Made by a program: the position numbers and the translations under genes
NCBI GenBank assembly: GCA_039189655.1
Contig: JBCCYN010000002.1
Coordinates: 8,572-72,571, forward strand
DNA length: 64,000 nt
Direction: 5' to 3'
Source of the DNA: Pseudomonadota bacterium
Lineage (GTDB): Bacteria; Pseudomonadota; Alphaproteobacteria; Rhizobiales; Amorphaceae
Notes under the pieces: generated by a model
Seen by the model: the letters and a program-made list of their open reading frames with translations, nothing else
What the model was told of the DNA's origin: nothing
Databases searched by the model: none
In this document: in pieces, positions 30,127-39,108 of the stretch
How the letters are laid out: every line of letters begins with the position of its first letter
Position numbering within the stretch: position 1 is the stretch's first letter

Positions 30127-30570
30127 CTATGAGCCATCAACTGTGTCCCCTCTAAGCTTCGCCAGAGCTCGATCCAAATTTACTTCTGCCAGGAACTCCA
30201 GAATGGTTGTGTCGGTTCGCCGCGGCCGAGTCAAAAAATCCACTGGCCATTCGGTGACGCGCTCTTGCTTAACATGGGTAAACTGGTGGGGTTCTGGTTC
30301 GTCGATGTACTCGCGCTGGACTATGAGCGCGAGCGGTTCTTCAGCCCCCTCGGTCTTCTGCGAGAAATCGCGAGCACCCGCGTAGCTCTCAAACGCGTAG
30401 TAGTAGTCGTTTCCTTCGCATAGATCTTTCGCCCCCCGCTCAGGATGGCACCAGACCCGATACTCCAGAACATCGTCCCAAACGTATCCACCGCCCGCGC
30501 CCGCACGTGCAGGGTACGTTCCAACTTTTCGAGGATCGATGACGCGTGGAAAACCGTCTACGTTTGCCAT
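30127..30570 (-). CDS. conserved hypothetical protein inserted between cobS and cobT
   Basis: Protein-like sequence [21 protein letters not shown]...[18 protein letters not shown]; GGAG RBS before ATG 30570. Confidence 0.7.
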   Translation of the reverse strand: MANVDGFPRVIDPRKVGTYPARAGAGGGYVWDDVLEYRVWCHPERGAKDLCEGNDYYYAFESYAGARDFSQKTEGAEEPLALIVQREYIDEPEPHQFTHVKQERVTEWPVDFLTRPRRTDTTILEFLAEVNLDRALAKLRGDTVDGS

Positions 30571-31095
30571 GGAATTCGGCACTCCGTTTCACGTGCTTTC
30601 GGCTACTTCCCTCTTCGCGCACAGCTCATCGAAAAACGAACAGATTTGGCCGAGGCACGCGGCGAAGCGGATCATGCTAACCTCCATTCTTCGTCTTAGG
30701 TGGGCGCAGAGCTGGCACGCTAAAGAAGTCATAAACGTCTGCTTTTGTTGCTAAAATTGAATAGTTTAGCTGCGCAATATACGTCCGCGCCGGGTTTGTG
30801 AGTGCGGGTCTCTCCCCAGAGCGTTCAATCTTAAACATCGCTCTTTTCTCTCTTTAATCCCGAACGTGTCGCTTGGCGTAGGGTGCCTTCGTGGTGCGCG
30901 GCCGGCCCACAGTAGACTAACGGCTATCGACGTCATAATGTGGTCAACATTTACTGTATGGATTGGTGTATACTTTTGCGATTATTAAAAATGGTTCGAG
31001 ATATTTATAACATGAAATGGTATTTCTGGATCGGTGTCAGTAACAATAACGATTTCGCTAGATTTTTACTTTAGTTCAATCAGTCGACGTTCACG

Positions 31096-31123
31096 GCTTT
31101 GATTTGCTCTAGCAAATCAAAGC
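31096..31123. repeat. 28-bp perfect palindrome in an AT-rich insert
   Basis: GCTTTGATTTGCT-CT-AGCAAATCAAAGC (13-bp arms). Confidence 0.7.
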
Positions 31124-31346
31124 TGTGCTAAACGACCGAACAATGGTCACGCAATCTTGACATGTATGAGAGCGCACCGCCGGACGCTGAAACCTGCTTA
31201 CCATTTCGACTGAAATCGCCCAATTCCCAAATCTCTTCCGGCTCAGGCATACCTGGCAGGAGCGGATGCACCGGTTCCTTTATCGCGTAGTAGATTATGT
31301 GGGCTCCCGCAAAGTGTCTCCTTTCGCTGAGTTCGCTCAGATTTAC

Positions 31347-32330
31347 CTAGTGCATCAAGCTTGGCGCGGCTGAGGCGAGTTCCTTGCCGAAGGCACGCTG
31401 ATAAAACTCGGCGACGATGGCGCGCTCGGTTTCGTCGCACTTGTTGAGAAACGTAACCTCGAAGGCGAACGGTATTTCCGAAAAGATCTCAGCGTTTTCT
31501 GCCCAAGTGATGACCGTGCGCGGGCTCATCACGGTGGAAAGGTCGCCGTTAATGAACGCGTTGCGCGTCATCTCGGCCACCTTCACCATACGGGTTACGG
31601 TGGCGCGACCCTCTTCGTCGCGATAGTGGGGTGCTTTGGACAAGACGATCTCCACCTCCACGTCGAGCGGCAGGTAGTTGAGTGTCGTGACGATGGACCA
31701 GCGGTCCATCTGCCCCTGGTTGATCTGTTGCGTGCCGTGGTAGAGCCCGGACGTGTCGCCAAGGCCCACGGTGTTGGCCGTCGCGAAAAGGCGAAACGCG
31801 TCGTGGGGCCGGATAACCCGGTTTTGGTCCAGCAGCGTCAGCCGCCCCGAAACTTCAAGCACCCGCTGAATGACGAACATCACATCCGGGCGCCCGGCAT
31901 CGTACTCGTCAAACACCAGCGCTGTGTTGGTTTGTAGCGCCCAAGGCAAAATGCCATCGCGGAACTCGGTCACCTGGCTGCCGTCGCGAACGACGATGGC
32001 GTCCTTGCCGACGAGATCGATCCTCGAGATATGGCTGTCGAGGTTGACACGCACGCAAGGCCAATTCAGCCGCGCCGCCACTTGCTCGATGTGGGTCGAT
32101 TTTCCCGTCCCGTGATACCCAGCGATCATGACGCGACGGTTGTGCTTGAAGCCGGCGAGGATCGCTTTGGTCGTGGGCGGGTCGAACACGTAGGATGCGT
32201 CGACGTCGGGCACATGCTCGGAACTCTCCGCAAAGGCGGGCACTTGCATATCGCTGTCGATGCCGAAGGTCTGTGCCGCAGAGACCGTGATGTCAGGCGT
32301 GCGGGTCGCCGCGGCAGGCGTCTGTGACAT
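31347..32330 (-). CDS. cobS: aerobic cobaltochelatase subunit CobS (AAA+)
   Basis: [53 protein letters not shown]. Confidence 0.97.
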   Translation of the reverse strand: MSQTPAAATRTPDITVSAAQTFGIDSDMQVPAFAESSEHVPDVDASYVFDPPTTKAILAGFKHNRRVMIAGYHGTGKSTHIEQVAARLNWPCVRVNLDSHISRIDLVGKDAIVVRDGSQVTEFRDGILPWALQTNTALVFDEYDAGRPDVMFVIQRVLEVSGRLTLLDQNRVIRPHDAFRLFATANTVGLGDTSGLYHGTQQINQGQMDRWSIVTTLNYLPLDVEVEIVLSKAPHYRDEEGRATVTRMVKVAEMTRNAFINGDLSTVMSPRTVITWAENAEIFSEIPFAFEVTFLNKCDETERAIVAEFYQRAFGKELASAAPSLMH

Positions 32331-32525
32331 AAAATTCCTCTAGGTCCGCAATGGGCGAGGCGCTTTTTGAAAGGACGGTCGGCGGAGTTATCAAACCCTG
32401 CCGGCCGTTGCTGGCGCACAAGGATCACTCCTAGCGCCTATTGGCCCAGACTTCAAAATGCACCCGGCAACTTTTCGCCATGCTCGGCCCGATGGCCCGG
32501 GCGAGTAACCGGCTGACCGCAAAAC

Positions 32526-33146
32526 CTAGCAATAACCAGCGCGGCGCAGCACGTTGTAGGCGTTGATGATGCTGCGCAATCGATCCTCGGATCCACGGTC
32601 GCCTTGGTTGGCATCCGGATGGTGGCGTTTAACAAGTGTTTTATATCGCGCCTTTATGGCATCCTTCGACGCTGTGTCCTCAAGGCCCATCACCTCAAAG
32701 GCATGGCGCTCTGGTCCTTTCGCCTGGCGGCGCTCAGCAGGTTCTGCCTCCGCCGCCCCATCGCCGCCAAAAAGTCCGAACGGATCGTCGTAAAGGCTGC
32801 TCCAAGCCGCTTTGGCCGCGCCACTTTTGGCGCCTCGCACGCCGATGGGCTTGGTGGGCCGGTGCCCGGTGATGGCGTCACGCTGGTAGGCGATGACATC
32901 GTCGTCGCTCATCCCGTCGAAATAGTTGTAGGTCTTGTTGTACTCGCGCACGTGGTCGAGGCAGAACCAATGGTACTGGCCCTCTTTGCCGCGACCCTTT
33001 GGCGCCCTGTACTCCGCCGAAGCCGTGCAGCCGGGCACATCGCACGCACGGTTGATCGTCGCCTGCTCGCCGCCAGAGCTACCGCGCCCGCCGCCTCGGC
33101 GGCGAGAGACTCTGATGCGGTCATAGTCCTTCGACGAAAAGTCCAT
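32526..33146 (-). CDS. J-domain (DnaJ-like) protein
   Basis: C..PGC...AEYRAPKGR...WFCLDHVREYNK; C-terminal J domain with HPD (HHPDANQGD). Confidence 0.92.
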   Translation of the reverse strand: MDFSSKDYDRIRVSRRRGGGRGSSGGEQATINRACDVPGCTASAEYRAPKGRGKEGQYHWFCLDHVREYNKTYNYFDGMSDDDVIAYQRDAITGHRPTKPIGVRGAKSGAAKAAWSSLYDDPFGLFGGDGAAEAEPAERRQAKGPERHAFEVMGLEDTASKDAIKARYKTLVKRHHPDANQGDRGSEDRLRSIINAYNVLRRAGYC

Positions 33147-33655
33147 CGCTCGATTATGGGCGGCTCCGGATCTGCGAACAAGGACTTGACTTTTCCTCCT
33201 TCACAATTGGTGTGCGATACTCGTGGGAGGGGGGCAGCCAGCGGCAAGCGCTCGGCAGAATCGTTCAAAATTCCACGTTCTCCTTCGAAAAATTTTGCGC
33301 ACCAAACCTCGGAATTTTTGGCCCATGCCGACACAAGGCCGTTCGCAAAACTGAAATTCCGCTAGGGCTGTTGAAAGGACTGGCGCCGATTTGGTGAAAC
33401 GAAAAGACAAGGACAACCGCAGGGGTCGGCGGTCGTCAACATCCCGCCGTAAGCGTTTGTTGCAGGTCTATGAAAAAACGCTCGCACAAGAACACTCACT
33501 CTGGATTTTGATTACTTACAGATATTGTTGATTCAAAAAACAGCGCGGCAATATGCATCGCGAGGCAAGTACGGCGCGGCTCGAGCCCTTCTCAATTGCC
33601 TAGGCCCGCAGTCGCTACTCGGAAGACAGGGCGCCGCGGCGATCATCTTCGGTTC

Positions 33656-34309
33656 CTACCACATGGTTTTTGCCGCGCGACCTGGCCACTCCGCATCATA
33701 GGCTTTGCCGTCGATGGCGCTTGCGGTTATTTCATCAAGAATTTCGCCGGGGGTGGGCAGGTTTGCCGGCTCTTTGAAGCCGCCGTCCCAGAGACGCGCG
33801 CGCAAAATTGCCCTGGCGCACTGGAAGTAAACCTCGCTCACACGAACGAGGATGACGGTGCGCGGTGCGCTTCCGCGAACGGTGTAGCGGTCACACATGC
33901 GTGGGTCGGCAGTGACGCGGGCCAAGCCGTTAACGCGGACAATCGTGTTGCATCGCGGGATCATGAACATCAGCGAGATGCGCGGATCGCGGACGATATT
34001 GCGTAGCGTGTCGATGCGGTTGTTGCCGCGCCGATCGGGTATGGCGAGGGTAGATTCATCAACCACGTCAGCCACCGGGCCATCGTCACCGCGGGGGGAG
34101 CAGTCGAGTCCGGCGTCACCAACGCTTGCAAGGGCGCAGAATGGCGATGCGTCGATCAGCGCCCGATATTGCGGCGTGATGCGTCGGGAGACTTTGGCTG
34201 TGGAGGAAAGATTGGGAGTACCATAGAACTGTTCTAACTCTTCTTCGCTGGTGATCCAGCGCATTTCGCCGTTGTCACCTGCCACACTGCCCCCCTTTCT
34301 GGCGGTCAA
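33656..34309 (-). CDS. pyridoxamine 5'-phosphate oxidase-like FMN-binding protein
   Basis: DCSPRGD, IPDRRGNNRIDTLRNIVRDPRISLMF, VYFQCARAILRARLW. Confidence 0.88.
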   Translation of the reverse strand: MTARKGGSVAGDNGEMRWITSEEELEQFYGTPNLSSTAKVSRRITPQYRALIDASPFCALASVGDAGLDCSPRGDDGPVADVVDESTLAIPDRRGNNRIDTLRNIVRDPRISLMFMIPRCNTIVRVNGLARVTADPRMCDRYTVRGSAPRTVILVRVSEVYFQCARAILRARLWDGGFKEPANLPTPGEILDEITASAIDGKAYDAEWPGRAAKTMW

Positions 34310-34432
34310 ATTTCGTTCCCGGAGCGCTCTGCGCCTTGCCCCCTTGTGGGCGACTGTGCCAATGCCCCGCTAAACCCTACCAGCAATCCATGTTGGCGCA
34401 GCGTTCAATGCCGCGCGGACCGGAGGCTCGCC

Positions 34433-35335
34433 ATGACACGCCCCGCTCGCTTCTCGCCCATAGACACCGCTGCTGCGCAGAATATGACGGCCGAGCAGGC
34501 GATCCAGTTTCACTACGATAACGATACCAGATTCTTCTCTCTCTGGCTCGACCCGACCCTTTCCTACTCATGCGCACGCTGGCGCGACCCGTTCGACCGC
34601 GCCGCCCGCGCCAAAGACCTGAATGCGGCGCAGGCCGAGAAAATCCGCTACCACCTCGCCTCGGCGGCAATCCCGAAGGGTGGCCGTCTCATCGATATCG
34701 GCTGCGGCTGGGGTGCTGTGTTGGAGGCCGCGGTTAAGGCCGATCCCACGGCGACCGCTTTGGGCCTTACGCTGTCGCGCGACCAGCACGACCACATTCT
34801 GGCGCGTGGCGTACCGGGGGTTTCTTGTCTGCTGCGCGATGTGTTCGCCTTCGAGAGCGCAGAACCGTTCGATGGCGCCATCTCCATCGGCGCTTTTGAA
34901 CATTTTGCGCGACCCAAGATGGACCGCGGCCAAAAGGTCGCTGTCTACCGGGCCTTCTTTGAGCGCACGGCTGCGCTCCTTGCCAAGAACGCTCGATTTT
35001 CGCTGCAGACGATCGTGTGGGACACGGTGTCGTTCGACGAAGCAAAACGGCTCCTGCCACAGACGGTCTTTCCCCAGTCGGACATCCCGTTCATCGAAGA
35101 GATCGCCGATGCGTCCGGGGAAACGTTCCGCCTCGTTCATCTGGAAAACGATCCTGAGGAGTATGCGCTCACGCTCTCCTCCTGGATCAAGAACTTGCGG
35201 TCCGTCCGAGAGACCGTGGTGAGCGAATGGGGTGAAGAAAAGTACGCCTTCTTTGAGGATTATCTCCGCCGCTCACGCCTTGCGTTCAAGCAGCGCTACA
35301 ACTCCCTCGCCCGGTTCATCCTCGTACGCCGCTAG
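34433..35335 (+). CDS. cyclopropane-fatty-acid synthase-like SAM methyltransferase (short form)
   Basis: HYD....FF.LWLDPTLSYSCA, LIDIGCGWG, SIGAFEHF; GGAGG RBS before ATG 34433. Confidence 0.85.
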   Translation: MTRPARFSPIDTAAAQNMTAEQAIQFHYDNDTRFFSLWLDPTLSYSCARWRDPFDRAARAKDLNAAQAEKIRYHLASAAIPKGGRLIDIGCGWGAVLEAAVKADPTATALGLTLSRDQHDHILARGVPGVSCLLRDVFAFESAEPFDGAISIGAFEHFARPKMDRGQKVAVYRAFFERTAALLAKNARFSLQTIVWDTVSFDEAKRLLPQTVFPQSDIPFIEEIADASGETFRLVHLENDPEEYALTLSSWIKNLRSVRETVVSEWGEEKYAFFEDYLRRSRLAFKQRYNSLARFILVRR

Positions 35336-35479
35336 GCGATGTGGGCGGATTGTGCGCAGTCTGCCCGCAGACCGAGAACCTGGTGGGGGCGACAACGTCG
35401 TCTCGCGACCAGCGCTAAAAATAGTTAGCCTTTTGTGCGGTTTGGCCAAAGACAATACCCAACGCCGCAGAAAGGGGCT

Positions 35480-35827
35480 CTAGGTGCTCTTGCCGCTGGC
35501 GCACGACAAGCAGAGCGGCGTTGCGGCGTCAAAATTCAGGCGCTTGGGCTCGATATCTTCCTCGCACCTGACGCATAGCCCGAAAGTGCCCTGGTCTAGG
35601 CGGTCGAGCGCGGCGCGGATCTTTGCCATTTCATGGCCTCGGCGCCGGGACTGGGCGGCCGCCATGGCCTGCATTTGCATGGCATCCATGCGGCTCAGGC
35701 GCCCGACACTGGTCTGATCGAGTTCCACGGGCGCGCGGCGGTCGGATGTGTCCTCGTCCTGGGCCACTAGAGTTTTGAGGTCGTGTTCAAGCCGGGCGCG
35801 GAATTGGGCTTCATCGGCGGGGGTCAT
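35480..35827 (-). CDS. TraR/DksA C4-type zinc-finger protein
   Basis: VELDQTSVGRLSRMDAMQ, FGLCVRCEEDI...RL.......CLSC. Confidence 0.9.
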   Translation of the reverse strand: MTPADEAQFRARLEHDLKTLVAQDEDTSDRRAPVELDQTSVGRLSRMDAMQMQAMAAAQSRRRGHEMAKIRAALDRLDQGTFGLCVRCEEDIEPKRLNFDAATPLCLSCASGKST

Positions 35828-36714
35828 CGGGATTTGCCGGCTCGGGCAGACGCGAAGGCGGCAAGGCCCGCGCCGCCCGCAATGAGGATTGCGGCGAGGA
35901 AGAGCACTTTGCTCGGAGCCGCGATTCCGAACGCGACCAGGAGGATTGTCGCGATGAGGGGCGCTGCGTAGGAACCGACGCCGAGAAGCTGGATATCACC
36001 GTGTTTCATCCCGACATCCCAAACGTAGAAGGCTCCCCCGACCGGGCCCAGACCGAGCCCGACCACCGCGGCCCATTCGCCGGCATTCTGGGGCCACACC
36101 GTTTCCTCAAGGATAACATGGCAAAGGGCTGCGAGCACTGATGCCAGAAGGCAGAATCCGGCCACCACATCGCTGGGAACGCGCCCCACGAGCCGGCTCG
36201 TGACCGAGTAAGTTGACCATATGAACGCACAGGCCAGCGCTGCGGCGTAGCCCAAGACATATCGCGTCTCGAACTCCAACGACCCCCCGTTCGTCACGAG
36301 CAGCGTTGCTCCCGAGAGCGCCGCCAATGCGCCCACCAAGTGGAAAGGGCGCAGGCTTTCCCCCGGCAAAAGGCCAGAGAAGAGGACGATGAGTAGGGGC
36401 CAAAGATTAGCGATAAGGTTCGCTTCGGCCGGCGGCGCGTTGCGTAGGGCCGTGAAATAAAAAAAGTGGTAGCCAAAAATCCCGCCGACCCCGAGGAGCC
36501 AGATGCGAAGGGGTTGGGTGAACCGCTGCCGAACCGATCCGCCCCGGGCGACAATGGCCACAAGGCCGATGAGGCCGCCGATGAGAAAGCAGAGCGCAGA
36601 AAGCTGAAAAGGCGGGACTTTTCCAGAAAGTACGGTGAGAAGGGCAAGCAGCGCCCAAGACAAGATCGCCAGAAATCCGATGCTTGTGGCAAGCGAACGG
36701 GAGGGGGTGGTCAT
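35824..36714 (-). CDS. EamA/DMT-family transporter (YddG-like)
   Basis: About 10 TM helices; FFYFTALR.APPAEA.LI..LWPLLIV, WDVGMKHGDIQLLG. Confidence 0.88.
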   Translation of the reverse strand: MTTPSRSLATSIGFLAILSWALLALLTVLSGKVPPFQLSALCFLIGGLIGLVAIVARGGSVRQRFTQPLRIWLLGVGGIFGYHFFYFTALRNAPPAEANLIANLWPLLIVLFSGLLPGESLRPFHLVGALAALSGATLLVTNGGSLEFETRYVLGYAAALACAFIWSTYSVTSRLVGRVPSDVVAGFCLLASVLAALCHVILEETVWPQNAGEWAAVVGLGLGPVGGAFYVWDVGMKHGDIQLLGVGSYAAPLIATILLVAFGIAAPSKVLFLAAILIAGGAGLAAFASARAGKSR

Positions 36715-36777
36715 GGGCTTTGACCGGGGCTTGGCGGTGCGAACGGCTTGGGTCGCAAGCAGTCGGGCTTCGCCACG

Positions 36778-37386
36778 CTAGCCGCGTTTCGGCAGTGCAC
36801 CAGTCGTTTCCCAGGCCAGCGCGTCTTTGATCCGCTCACTCCCCCAAAACAACGCTCCATCACCACAAACAAATGTAGGCGCACCAAAAATCCCGAGCGA
36901 TCTGGCCTCGTCGACGGTGGCGAAAAGGGCGTCTTTGGCGTCTTGGGATGTCGCCCCCTCGATGACGGCCTCCTGTTCGAGACCAGCCTCCTTCGCCGCA
37001 CTACCAATGACACCGACGTCAGAGATATCAGCGCCGTCGCGAAAAACTTGGTCAAACAGCGCGCGGGTCAGAGCGGGACGCAGGGCCGGCTCCACCGCCA
37101 ACGCGGCGCGTCCCGCCTTGACGCTATTTTGCGGAAAGGGGTGAGGGCGCACGAACGGCAACCCCAGGTGCGCGGCGCGCCGGGCAATGTCGCTCCACAT
37201 GTAGTCCGCCTTCGCCGGACTGACGAGGTTGGGCGAACCACCATAGCCTGCGTCCTTGAAGATCGGCCCGAGCAAGAATGGCCGCCATGCTAGGGAAACC
37301 CCGGCCGCTTCAGCCATTGGCTCGATGGTCTGTGCGGCCAGATAGGAGTAGCTTGAGGAAAAGTCGTACCAGAAGGTGAGCACCAT
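36778..37386 (-). CDS. 2-hydroxychromene-2-carboxylate isomerase / DsbA-family protein
   Basis: FWYDFSSSYSYLA, WRPFLLGPIF, GIFGAPTF, FWG.ERI. Confidence 0.88.
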   Translation of the reverse strand: MVLTFWYDFSSSYSYLAAQTIEPMAEAAGVSLAWRPFLLGPIFKDAGYGGSPNLVSPAKADYMWSDIARRAAHLGLPFVRPHPFPQNSVKAGRAALAVEPALRPALTRALFDQVFRDGADISDVGVIGSAAKEAGLEQEAVIEGATSQDAKDALFATVDEARSLGIFGAPTFVCGDGALFWGSERIKDALAWETTGALPKRG

Positions 37387-37679
37387 CGTTCTCCGCGCTG
37401 GGCCATGGTCATGCCGCGCGAAGAACCGCCACGCAATGCCTCACGTACCGCCAAAGAACCCGGCATCGCTGGGCAGTCGCAAATTGATGACCCGCCGCAT
37501 GCCGCTCCCGTGGCGTTGCTGCGGTCCCCGTTGCTTTGGACTATCCTGTGGTGTTTTCGGGAGCCGTGTGGTGGTGCCTCGAAATTGTCGATAGAAGGCT
37601 GGAGTTCCTGGCATCGAGTGCAGTTGACTGCGGTGCCAGGTGTTGTTCGCCGGCATGCCGGTCGCGTTGGGTGGATTTT

Positions 37680-38879
37680 ATGAAAGAGTTTGTCCGCTGG
37701 GCTTTTTTGACAGGCGTCGTCACGTCCGCAGCATTGTTTCCGGCTCCCGGGGCTGAGGCCGAGACCCGCGCCGCGGTCATGGATACGGCTTGGGACACCC
37801 GCCCTTTTCTGGATGAGATGCGTGCATCCGGCATTCAGGTGGTCGGCCGATACCTCGCCCGATGCCCGCAGCCGGAGCGACACATCCCGCAAAAGCGGCT
37901 CATCGACCAGGGGCCGTTGTCGGATTCATCCAGTGAGGTCCGCAGGCTGCTGGATGGCGGTTTCGCGATCCTCTCCATCTATCAGTACAACAATGATTCA
38001 AAAAACAAATTCCGAGGCCGCGACCGTGACGGCAAGCCGCTTCCTGATCGTGACTGCAAACCCACAAGCCGCGCCAGGACGCCCGAAGGCGAGGCCGAAC
38101 TCGATGCGACGGCGGCGGTGAAACAGGCCAAGGCGCTGGGTCAGCCCGCCGGGTCGGCCATCTATTTCGGCGTTGATATCGCCTTCAATGCCTCAGACAG
38201 CGAAACGCGCAAGGCGATGCTCACCTACATGAAAAAGGTCCGACAGATCGTGCGCAGGGCCGGTTTTCAACTGGGCGCCTATGGCAACGGCGATGCGTTG
38301 CGGGTCCTGCAAAGCGAAAAACTCATCGATCATGCTTGGCTGTCGGCGTCGCGTGCCTACCCTGGCACGTCGGACTTCCACAATTCCGGCAAGTGGCACC
38401 TCTTCCAAAACGGCGTGAACCTTGAGTTTTTTACTGGCTCGCCAGGCGCTTGCCGACGAGGCTTGCCCCTCGACGTCAACGTTAAGAATGCGGCATTTGC
38501 CGATCGTCCGTTAGGGTTTTGGCGTCGTGAAGGGCCGGTTCGGCTCGCTCCCAAACGCACTCGCGCGGTATTCAAGGCACGACGATTTGCCTGCGACGGT
38601 GATGCCAGAATCAGGCGAAACGCGAACTCCGGCCCGCGTGACCTCCTCAGTTCCGAATCACGATGCCGCGGCAACCGCGCCATTCCCCATCCCAAAACCG
38701 TCGACTTTGCCAACAGCGCCCGCATCGGCCGTCGATCCGGCGATCTAGTTGAAGTGGACTACGACGACGACGGAACATTCGACGGCTGGACGTCGCGCTC
38801 AAACCTCACCAGCAGCTTTGCGCAAAAGCCGCAATGGATCTTTTCAAAGAGCGCTCGAAGCGGCGCCCGTTGCCGCTAG
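37680..38879 (+). CDS. exported DUF1906 (GH25-like TIM-barrel) putative peptidoglycan hydrolase with C-terminal extension
   Basis: Signal peptide, VVGRYL, ILSIYQY, A..A...A..LGQPAGSAIYFGVD, LGAYG; C-terminal SH3-like beta segment is inference. Confidence 0.7.
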   Translation: MKEFVRWAFLTGVVTSAALFPAPGAEAETRAAVMDTAWDTRPFLDEMRASGIQVVGRYLARCPQPERHIPQKRLIDQGPLSDSSSEVRRLLDGGFAILSIYQYNNDSKNKFRGRDRDGKPLPDRDCKPTSRARTPEGEAELDATAAVKQAKALGQPAGSAIYFGVDIAFNASDSETRKAMLTYMKKVRQIVRRAGFQLGAYGNGDALRVLQSEKLIDHAWLSASRAYPGTSDFHNSGKWHLFQNGVNLEFFTGSPGACRRGLPLDVNVKNAAFADRPLGFWRREGPVRLAPKRTRAVFKARRFACDGDARIRRNANSGPRDLLSSESRCRGNRAIPHPKTVDFANSARIGRRSGDLVEVDYDDDGTFDGWTSRSNLTSSFAQKPQWIFSKSARSGARCR

Positions 38880-38931
38880 AGCAGGTCACACGATGATGCG
38901 ATCGCATGACCTGCTCTAAGTTCTTGTCTTT
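38877..38931 (+). repeat. 55-bp palindromic REP/MITE-like element, copy 1
   Basis: TAGAGCAGGTCA-CACGATGATGCGATCGCA-TGACCTGCTCTA-AGTTCTTGTCTTT; its first TAG is the stop of the DUF1906 gene. Confidence 0.85.
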
Positions 38932-39108
38932 GCGCTCGGTTCGAGTCGCAACATGATTCTATGTTGCTGAAACGCGCTCTAGCCAGCCTCGGGCATCCCT
39001 GCTGCGCCGCAATAATATTATTTGGTGATCAGCCGCGGTGGGCCTCCGGTCCCGTGAGACGGATTATGGCCTTTTCTACAACCCTAGAATGCATTACAGC
39101 AATTAGAA

